Assembly: GCA_010909165.1 (NCBI GenBank)
Contig: VJWM01000107.1
Coordinates: forward strand, 930,001-994,000
Origin: Anthoceros angustus
Lineage: Eukaryota; Plantae; Anthocerotophyta
Reading direction: 5' to 3'
DNA length: 64,000 nucleotides
Shown here: one piece after another, positions 24,558-33,333 of the stretch
Layout of the letters: each line of letters opens with the position of its first letter
Position numbering within the stretch: position 1 is the first letter of the stretch
Position numbers and translations under genes: made by a program
Notes under the pieces: model-generated
Seen by the model: the letters and a program-made list of their open reading frames with translations, nothing else
What the model was told of the DNA's origin: nothing
Databases searched by the model: none

Positions 24558-27470
24558 ATGGCCACAGTGTGGCAACCGGAGCCGTTGTGGACCCAACAAA
24601 TTGGTGTGTGTACCGGGAGTGTGCTTGGGGCTCCCGCGCACCTCACTGTTGGGAGTGAACCCACGGCAAACAACCAAGCCCCCAGGTGCTGCAGTGTGAG
24701 GACACCAGCGCTTACAATTCCGGGAAAATGTGTGGGTGTGGACGGTTTTTCCACCGATGGCCGTCGCCAGGAGCAGGAGCACTTGTGGCAACAATTTTTT
24801 CTGGACCCTACTATGTGGTGGGACAACAGAGGAGATAAGAAGAGCTCCCGTTCGCCTGACTTCCGGCGTAAGTGGTCCGGCGAGGTCCTTTGGCTGAACA
24901 GCATGCTCAAGCCAGCTTGGGTTGATGAGAAGCTCGTTTATTTGGATATGCAGATGGGTCGTGATGCCTCTCCTTCGACGTCGAGCTCTCCGGATGAGCC
25001 TGAACCTGGCAGGCGTGCAGGATCGGAAATGGGCGTTGTGACGGCTGTAACCGTGCGCACTTTATGTCGGCAGGGGAAGCTCTCTGAGGCCGTTGGAGCC
25101 CTGGAATGTCTGGTGCTGCCAGATTGTGCTGTTTCGCAGTCCCTGTTGTACAACGTTCTGAAACTCTGCGCAGCTAAGAAGGATCTGGTTGTGGGGCGAC
25201 GAGTTCATGATCTCATTGTCAAACTTGGGTACGAGTCGAATGTATTTTTGGGAAGCCATGTCTTGCGCATGTATGCATGTGGAGGTAGGCTGCAGGAGGC
25301 CATGGATGTGTTCACCAGGGTGGGGAAACCAGATGTCTTCATGTGGTTTTCCATAATTTCTGCCCATGCTAAGCACGGGAAACCTAATGAGGCCATACGA
25401 CTGTACCATGAGATGCGCAGGTCAGGGGTGAAGGCGGATGCTCATGTCTTTGTAGCTGCCCTTCAAGCATGTGCATTTGCTGCCGACTTGGAATCTGGCC
25501 GAAAAGTGCACTGTGATGTGTTGCACAGTGGCATTCCCCCTGACTTGTTTGTCGGAAACTGCCTGGTGGACATGTATGCAAAATGTGGTGAACTGGGGGA
25601 TGCACGCCAGGTTTTTGAAAGCTTGGCCAGAAAGGATGTGGTGACTTGGACATCGCTGATTGCTGGGTATGCCCAGCAAGGGCTCGGACATGAGGCACTT
25701 GTTGTGTATGGACAAATGGAGCAGGAGGGCCTGATCGTGGCTAACCATGTTACTTTTGCTTGCCTTCTGAAGGCCTGTGCACTCGCTGGTGCCTTACAGA
25801 TGGGCAGGCATCTGCACTCACAGATTGTAGAACGAGGACAGCTAGATAATATATTGGTGGGCAACTGCCTGGTGGACATGTATGCAAAATGTGGTGAACT
25901 GAAAGATGCACGCCAGGTTTTTGACAGCTTGGCCACAAAGGATGTGGTGACATGGAATGTCCTGATACCTGGGTATGCGCAGCAAGGACTCGGCCAAGAG
26001 GCACTTATTGTGTATGGACAAATGGAGGAGGCGGGCGTCGTTTTGGCTGACGATGTTACTTTTACTGGCCTTCTGAAGGCCTGTGGGAGCACTGGTGCCT
26101 TACAGAAGGGCAGGCAGCTGCACTCCCTGATTGTTGAAAGAGGATTGCTGGATGATGTAGTGGTAGGCACCTGTCTAGTGGACATGTATGCAAAATGTGG
26201 TGAACTGGAAGATGCACGCCAGGTTTTTGACAGCCTGGCCACAAAGAATGTGGTGACATGGAATGCCCTCATTGCTGGGTATGCACAGCAAGGACTCGGC
26301 GAAGAGGCGCTTGTTGTGTATAGACAAATGGAGGAGGCGGGCCTCATTTTGGCTGACAATGTTACTTTTGCGTGCCTTCTGAAGGCTTGTGGAAACACAG
26401 GTGCCATACAAGAGGGCAGGCAGCTGCACTTGCAGATTATCAAAAGAGGACTGCTGGATAACGTAGTGCTGTGCACCGGCCTTGTAGACATGTATGCAAA
26501 ATGTGGTGAATTGGAAGATGCACGCCAAGTTTTTGACAGCATGAACACAAAGAATGTGGTGACATGGACCGCCTTAATATCAGGGTATGGTACTTGTGAT
26601 GAAGGTCGCAAGGCACTGGCTTGTTTTGAGGAGATGTTATTTGCGGGTATCCAACCTAATGATGCTACATTTACTTGCCTTTTAGTAGCATGCAGTCATG
26701 AGGGTCTGGTCCATGAGGGTCGCAGGTACTTTGATTCCATGGATGAACAGCATGGCATCAAACCTACTCTTGACCACTACAATTGTATGATTGATCTTCT
26801 TGGGCGTGCAGGCCATTTAGATGAGGCTGAGAAGATGCTGTTGTCATGTGAGGACCAAAGTAATCTGGTGGGCTTGACGTCTTTGTTAAATGCCTGCAAA
26901 AGTCACGGGGATATAGACAGGGCGATCCGGTGTTTTGAAAGCATTGTTAGGCTGGACCCTCAAAGGGCGTCTGCGTATGTGCTCATGGCCAATGCCTACG
27001 CAGATGCAGGTAGGTGGGGCGAGGTAGACAGGATTGAAACACAGAGAATGGTAGCAGGAGCTAACAAGAAACCTGCAGTAGCAACCATTGAGGTGAATAA
27101 GCAGGTACACAGATTTCTGGTGGGAGAAAGGAGAGAGGATATTGCTCTTAAGGTAGAGAGCACGAATGCACGTGTGAAGCAGGAAGGAGGCCACGTACCG
27201 CACACAAAGCTGGTGTTGAGGCCACTGTGTGAGGAGGAAAAGGAAGATGCGCTTTGTGGGCATGCTGAGAAACTGGCTCTGGCGTTCGGTCTCTTGAACA
27301 CTCCGAGTGGGACACCTCTGGTTGTAACGAAGAATCTACGCATGTGCAGTGACTGCCACAGTTCCACGGAGATCATGTCAAGGCTTGAACAGAGAGACAT
27401 TGTTGTAAGGGATGGGTACCGGGTACATCGATTCGCAGCTGGTTGTTGCAGTTGTAAGGGTCGATCGTGA
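24558..27470 (+). CDS. PLS-class PPR protein with E and DYW:KP (GRP-type) deaminase-like domain; N-terminal PDF-like motif
   Basis: Intronless 970 aa ORF with P-L-S triplets, KKPAVATIEV in place of the PG box, HAEKLA, CSDCH, and C-terminus HRFAAGCCSCKGRS. Confidence 0.95.
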   Translation: MATVWQPEPLWTQQIGVCTGSVLGAPAHLTVGSEPTANNQAPRCCSVRTPALTIPGKCVGVDGFSTDGRRQEQEHLWQQFFLDPTMWWDNRGDKKSSRSPDFRRKWSGEVLWLNSMLKPAWVDEKLVYLDMQMGRDASPSTSSSPDEPEPGRRAGSEMGVVTAVTVRTLCRQGKLSEAVGALECLVLPDCAVSQSLLYNVLKLCAAKKDLVVGRRVHDLIVKLGYESNVFLGSHVLRMYACGGRLQEAMDVFTRVGKPDVFMWFSIISAHAKHGKPNEAIRLYHEMRRSGVKADAHVFVAALQACAFAADLESGRKVHCDVLHSGIPPDLFVGNCLVDMYAKCGELGDARQVFESLARKDVVTWTSLIAGYAQQGLGHEALVVYGQMEQEGLIVANHVTFACLLKACALAGALQMGRHLHSQIVERGQLDNILVGNCLVDMYAKCGELKDARQVFDSLATKDVVTWNVLIPGYAQQGLGQEALIVYGQMEEAGVVLADDVTFTGLLKACGSTGALQKGRQLHSLIVERGLLDDVVVGTCLVDMYAKCGELEDARQVFDSLATKNVVTWNALIAGYAQQGLGEEALVVYRQMEEAGLILADNVTFACLLKACGNTGAIQEGRQLHLQIIKRGLLDNVVLCTGLVDMYAKCGELEDARQVFDSMNTKNVVTWTALISGYGTCDEGRKALACFEEMLFAGIQPNDATFTCLLVACSHEGLVHEGRRYFDSMDEQHGIKPTLDHYNCMIDLLGRAGHLDEAEKMLLSCEDQSNLVGLTSLLNACKSHGDIDRAIRCFESIVRLDPQRASAYVLMANAYADAGRWGEVDRIETQRMVAGANKKPAVATIEVNKQVHRFLVGERREDIALKVESTNARVKQEGGHVPHTKLVLRPLCEEEKEDALCGHAEKLALAFGLLNTPSGTPLVVTKNLRMCSDCHSSTEIMSRLEQRDIVVRDGYRVHRFAAGCCSCKGRS

Positions 27471-27603
27471 GAATAATGGAGTAGCCAGTGCTCGAGTGTC
27501 TACGGCTCGAAGAAACTATTGGCTCGTGGGAAATGCTGGGCATCTACCCTGTTCTTTTCACATTCGATATCATACTACACTGAAGGCCGTTCGAGATGAG
27601 GCT

Positions 27604-28935
27604 CTACCGAACAAGGCGGAGCCTGGAGTTGGAGTGGCCGTTAGTGAAGACATGTGTCACTTGATTGCACCCATACAGGGTAAGCTTTGTAAGCTGGTGG
27701 CACGAATCTGCAAGAAAACCAAGGCATTCATCGGTCATGCTGCGACACCAAGAGATATCCAGCTCTTCCAGCGAGCCCCCGCAATGTGTGGCAAGGGCCT
27801 GCAAAACTTGGTCCCCTGCCTGTTCTATTCCTTGCAAAGACAGTTGCTTGAGGCTGCCACGTAAAGAGGTGACAAGACAAGCCAAAGCCTCATCACTGAA
27901 ATTACCTCTCTCCAAAGAGAGCTTCTCAAAGCTTACTTCCCGGTTCACCATAGCTTCCAACGATGCATCTGTGAGGCGATTCAGATTATTCAGATTCAAG
28001 ACTTTGAGGCCGGGGCACTTGGCGACAACTGCCCTAACGGCTTCATCCGTCAGCTCGTTACAGCTGTCAAGTTCCAGCTCCGTCAAGTTCACTCCCCAAC
28101 ACGCCAGCACCACCTGTACCACCGCATCTGCCACCCCTCCGATGTGTGACAATGCAAGTCGCCGAAGTCTAGGCATCTTGGAGGAGGATAAGGGCAGATT
28201 CCCCGGGTTTAGCTGACCACATCCCTCCAAGGATAGCGATTCCAACTTGGATCCTACGAGTTGGAATGCTCTCTTGACGCCAAACTCGGTAATTGAAAAA
28301 CACTGCCGCAGCTCTAAGCATGTGAGCTCCTTGAAAGACTGCACCAATCTTATCAGTCTCTCGTCCGTCAGCCTGTGCGCAGTCTGCAAAGATAGGGTTC
28401 GGAGCACAGGAAACCCCGGCTTCTGTTTGACGCAATTGACAAACTTATCGGACACCATAAGGCCGCAACCGCCGAGCTTCAGAATTCGCAGCTTCTCAGT
28501 CGACATGCTTTGGAATGCTCTGCAGAAGTCATCCTCATCAATACCAGAACAATCAGGTACAACCAGCTCCGTTAACTCCTGCCCGGAAACAAGAAGCGAC
28601 ATCACCCTCCCGCTCATCTTCCTCAACGCACACAGCCTGGTGCACAGCTTCGTCCTGGACTCTCCGGCCAAATTCCGAAAGTCATAGACGTCATCTATGT
28701 ATTTACACAGAACCTCCAACGCCATGGCATGAAGTGACGGCCGCTCTCTTGTCAAATCTACGAAGCTCTCGCTTCTCGACGGCTCCCAGAGATGCCTACC
28801 CTGCACCTTGCGCTGCTCAGCAGTGGCCGCTTGTGCCCTCACCCACGCTAAGGCCTCAGAAAACGGCGACAGTGCCGGCTCTCCTCCATCCTTAATCTGG
28901 TAATGAGCCTTCAGGCTCAAGGGCGAGCTCCTCAT
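27604..28935 (-). CDS. RAD7: RAD7/rhp7-like LRR protein with a BC-box-like PSLxxxALEVL motif
   Basis: 443 aa ORF: PFSEALAWVR, RPSLHAMALEVLCKYIDD, RNI-like LRRs, and ending LDISWCRSMTDECLG...YGCNQVTHVFTNGHSN. Confidence 0.8.
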   Translation of the reverse strand: MRSSPLSLKAHYQIKDGGEPALSPFSEALAWVRAQAATAEQRKVQGRHLWEPSRSESFVDLTRERPSLHAMALEVLCKYIDDVYDFRNLAGESRTKLCTRLCALRKMSGRVMSLLVSGQELTELVVPDCSGIDEDDFCRAFQSMSTEKLRILKLGGCGLMVSDKFVNCVKQKPGFPVLRTLSLQTAHRLTDERLIRLVQSFKELTCLELRQCFSITEFGVKRAFQLVGSKLESLSLEGCGQLNPGNLPLSSSKMPRLRRLALSHIGGVADAVVQVVLACWGVNLTELELDSCNELTDEAVRAVVAKCPGLKVLNLNNLNRLTDASLEAMVNREVSFEKLSLERGNFSDEALACLVTSLRGSLKQLSLQGIEQAGDQVLQALATHCGGSLEELDISWCRSMTDECLGFLADSCHQLTKLTLYGCNQVTHVFTNGHSNSRLRLVR

Positions 28936-30149
28936 AGCTGTGTTGGCCTTTTCTGGCCTTCATTTTTTCCTTTGTAGGTCGAGGCTGCTTTCTCCACGGA
29001 AGATAGAATCCGACTCTTCTGAGTCTCTCGTATCACCTCCTCTCGCCGGGTAGCCTTTCCGGCTCTTCACTTCCGCGTCCGTCATCGCAAATGTTTCACA
29101 TTTCGAGACGTTTGTTTGACATTTCGAAACGGATGAAGTTGAGAAGGCCCGGGAGTGAGACACGGACTGAAGGGCTTCATAATTTCTCTCATCTTCCCAT
29201 TCCAATCGCGATGTACGTAGAGGATGAATGCCACGGCCAGGGGACGGATGGATCCAGCAATGTAGTAGAGGGTGCATGTCAGGGCAATGGGGACGGATCG
29301 ATACAGCAATGTGCGTAGAGTGCATGTGAGGGTCTGGGGACGGACGGATTCGGGTGAGACTGCCAGCGGGATAGAGGATACAGTTGTCATCCCCGAATGG
29401 GCAGGCACTCTTCGTTGCGCTTGTAAGGGAGCTGAGCTTTCTGGACATTTCTCGGCTGATCTGGCGAAATTGAAGTTGGATTTGACAAAAGTGGCTGACA
29501 TTGGATCCCAGGACTAGTAGGATGAGTGCTGCAAAATGAAACGGGTTGTCAAGAAAGTGAGGACGCTAGTGAGACGTGCCATAGCCCTGACTACTAGGAG
29601 GGAGGTAGCTCTCCCCGGATCCGTGCGTTGCCCCTAATGTATGATCCTGTTTTACTGAAGACATCGCAGATCACGGGAAATTCGCAAAATTTGTGGGCAC
29701 CGGTAGGTGTGTACTCAGTCCCGCTCATCGATCCTGAGATCGATTCTGCAACAGTCTCGAACACAGCAGTGTTTCAAATGGCCTCTGCCATCCGCCAACC
29801 CAAACGCTCTCGTGATGACGTAGCCTTACAGGCTGCATATACTCTTCGGGTATCCATGGAAAAAGCACATACATAGAATAAGGTAAAATATTTTCTTGTT
29901 TACAACTTATAAAAACTTATTTTCTTTATAAAAAATATTAATATTTAAAAAAAATAAAAAAGTTTTATTTTTGGATGATTGTAATGTATAATAATTACTA
30001 TCGAACCCCGTTTAGGAGTGATATGGTAGTCGAGAGTTCATTGAAAATACTTTCCATGTGGTAGAGTACTTTTCGGTTACATAGTCAAGAGTTCATTGTA
30101 ACTCTTTGGTAAAGTACTCTTTCGGATAGTAAAGTATTCTCCAGTTAGA

Positions 30150-31241
30150 TCAGCTGTTAGGGATTTGAAGGTGGCATAACAGTTCAGTATATAGAACATT
30201 CACCTCATTTGGATCTTCGTTTTCAATAAAACTATCGCCCCACTCTTGTATAATACGTCGAATCCTTCTGTATGACACGACATCCATATTTCTTCTTCCT
30301 AACATAATCTCATTGATGATTTGAAGATCATTTTCCAATATCAAACTACTACGAATTTGAAGGTGATATAACAGCTCAGTATATAGGAGATTCCTTTCAT
30401 TTAAGTCTTCGTTTTCAATAAAATTATCCCCCAATTCGTGTATAATATGTTGAATCATGCGATATGATATTACATCCATATTTCTTCTTCCTAACATAAT
30501 GTCATTGATAATTTGAAGTTCATTTTCCAATACCAAACTACTACGAATTTGAAGGTGATATAATAGCTCAGTATATAGAAGATCTCTCTCATGTGGATCT
30601 TCATTTTCAATAAAATTATCTGCCCGTTCTTGTATAATATGTCGAATTCTCCGATACGATACTAAGTCCATATTTCTTCTTCCCAGTAAAATGTTATTGA
30701 TCATTTGAAGATCATTTTCTAATATCACTCTACTACGGATTTGAAAAAATGTATTAAGGGTGTATGTTAGGTAGGTATATAGATCATCACTCTCGTTTCC
30801 GTTTCCGTCTTGGTTTTGAATAAAATTATTTTCCCATTCCACTACAATTTCTAGGATCCTCTCGAATGACTCTAAATTCATATTTCTTCTTCCCAGCAAA
30901 ATATCATTAATCATTTGAAGATCATTTTCCGATATCAAGCTGCTATAGATTTGAAAAGTGGAAGGTGCTTCATCCTCTACATAGTGCTGTATCTCAGCCC
31001 TACAAAGTGGGCATGTGATTGGGCGAAAACTGTTCAACCATGGGTTTAGACAATTTTTGTGATATGTGTGAGAACATATATCTATTTTAGTGATCTCTTC
31101 ACCTAACATTATGGTTTCCATACAAATTACACAAATTATTTCATTACATTCACTTTGATAAATACTTATAGATAAATTTCCATGTTTGACACTTGTAGAT
31201 GGATTACTATCATAAATCACAACAATGACCCTAGAATCCAT
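30150..31241 (-). CDS. RING-H2 protein with four C-terminal ~64-aa tandem repeats
   Basis: CVICMETIMLGEEITKIDICSHTYHKNCLNPWLNSFRPITCPLCR is C3H2C3. The DNA repeats with a 192-bp period (tacgaatttgaaggtgatata at about 30351 and 30543). Confidence 0.8.
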   Translation of the reverse strand: MDSRVIVVIYDSNPSTSVKHGNLSISIYQSECNEIICVICMETIMLGEEITKIDICSHTYHKNCLNPWLNSFRPITCPLCRAEIQHYVEDEAPSTFQIYSSLISENDLQMINDILLGRRNMNLESFERILEIVVEWENNFIQNQDGNGNESDDLYTYLTYTLNTFFQIRSRVILENDLQMINNILLGRRNMDLVSYRRIRHIIQERADNFIENEDPHERDLLYTELLYHLQIRSSLVLENELQIINDIMLGRRNMDVISYRMIQHIIHELGDNFIENEDLNERNLLYTELLYHLQIRSSLILENDLQIINEIMLGRRNMDVVSYRRIRRIIQEWGDSFIENEDPNEVNVLYTELLCHLQIPNS

Positions 31242-31899
31242 AACATAAAGTAGTTTTTGATAGCTATATATTTTATAGAGATCTTACCGATTTAAAACAA
31301 TAAGTTCTTCTATACAAAATACTAAGTTCTTCAAATGCAAATTTCATCCCCTCTCACCACCTTAGCCCGCCTTCCTCTTCACCCTCCCTTCAATTACAAT
31401 ATCTTAAAACCGTAGAGGACCAAAATAATGAAGTCTTAGAAGATTAATCTGATCAATGTAATAAAGCATTAAAGGGCTCATATAATAAAGTCTTATAGGT
31501 CTAATAGTATAAAGTCTTAGATGTTTCAATATCGTATAGCTTGAGAGACCTAATATGATAAAGCTAATGACTTGTAGAACACCTTCTCCAAGCGCAGCTC
31601 TTTATTCACAAAGTACACAACAAAGTCTGGCTTGTAGAACACCTTCTCTGAGCACTAGCTTTATTCACAAAGTCTGGTCATCTACCAACATTTGCATATG
31701 ACATTAGTACTCAAAGACAAGCTTGGCTGTTCTCCACAGCTCTCATGACAGAGCATAAAATAATTCGGGAGCTCTTAGATAGCCCTTATATATCCGTAGA
31801 TTGGCTCCAACTTAGTAGATGCTAACCTCGGGGAACTCTTATGGACCACTAATTTATGATAGTTCCTCTCTAGGCAGCTTTTCTTTAGTGGCTCCAACG

Positions 31900-32830
31900 A
31901 CTCTCTCTAGAAGATGGATGCATACGACTCCTCTCTAGGAGATGGATGCATACGACCACGCTCAGTTTGATACATGGAGCTTGAATGCATGTGACCATTC
32001 TCAATTCAATACATGCAGCTTGCATGCATTTGACCACTCTCAGTTCAATGCATGCATCTTGAATGCATGCCACCACTCAATTCAATAAATACATCTTCTT
32101 AAGAGGGTTAGCTCATGATCGTTTTTATCTATTTCTTTATTTATATTTTAATATTTTTTCACCATTACTTATTACTCTCTCTTTGGTAAAGAAAGTCACA
32201 ATCCTCGATGAGTCCTCCCGTAAAAGAGTGACATCCGGACATGTGAAGTTCCCCATACATGAGTTCGTTGGAACTCCCGCAGTCTCCCGTGCATCGATTA
32301 CTAGGATGGGGTGCCACCCATCCACTATTTCACATATTATAGGCCACTTGTTATAAAAGCTCTACGGGTTACTTCTCAATGAAATCATGCATGAGCATAC
32401 TTATTTTAAGAGCCCGCTCTACAAGATTACTTTTGAATGAAATCATGTGAATCATGCATTTGTCCCACTTGTTATAAAAGCTCTATGGGGTTACTTCTCA
32501 ATGAATCATGCGACAACCGCTACTTATTTTAAGAACGCTCTGGGATTACTTTTGAATGAAATCATGAATCATGCATTTGTCCCATGCCATCTATTGTAAG
32601 AGCTTTACTCATGCGTTGTCACGCCACCTATTGTAAGAGCTCTACGGGCTACTTCTAAATGAAACTTTGATATATGTATGAAGTCTCTGCGATAAAAAAC
32701 ATACATTTGTCCCATCTATTGTAAGAGCTCTACTCATGCTTCACGCCACCTTTTGTAAGAGCTCTACGGGCTACTTCTAAATGAAACTTTGATATATGTA
32801 TGAAGTCTCAAATCACGATAAAAAAACTAA
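31900..32830. repeat. Nested short-repeat arrays upstream of the RING ORF (ATGCAT-rich units; cccacttgttataaaagctcta and ctattgtaagagctctac units); second copy at about 34010-35000
   Basis: The recurring motifs are read directly. Confidence 0.75.
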
Positions 32831-33045
32831 ACTATCCTCGGTGACACAAGTGTAAGGCGGGACTATCCGAGATACTTGCTCCAAATCTTCAAGTGAAATC
32901 AAGGAGGATATCTTACAAAACCACAAAGCTTTACTAGATCCTTGCTACAAATCTTCAAGTAATATCAAGCAAATCTTCAAGTAAAATCTAGGAGGATCTA
33001 CAAAACCCCAAAGCTTCACTAGATTCTTGTTCCACAAAAGCATGT

Positions 33046-33333
33046 TCAGAAAGTGGAAGGTGCTTCATCCTCTACATAGTGTATCTCAGCCCTACAAAGT
33101 GGGCATGTGATTGGGCGAAAACTGTTCAACCATGGGTTTAGACAATTTTTGTGATATGTGTGAGAACATATATCTATTTTAGTGATCTCTTCACCTAACA
33201 TTATGGTTTCCATACAAATTACACAAATTATTTCATTACATTCACTTTGATAAATACTTATAGATAAATTTCCATGTTTGACACTTGTAGATGGATTACT
33301 ATCATCGTCAACAACAATGACCCTAGAATCCAT
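33046..33333 (-). pseudogene. Truncated second copy of the RING-H2 ORF
   Basis: 95 aa nearly identical to the N-terminus of 30150-31241; it stops at the duplication junction. Confidence 0.8.

Noticed and set aside
25463-26611. 382 aa repetitive minus-strand ORF (and 39060-39626)
   Set aside because: Antisense shadow of the PPR repeats.
27665-28687. Plus-strand ORFs of 183 and 146 aa
   Set aside because: Antisense to the RAD7-like CDS; no independent features.
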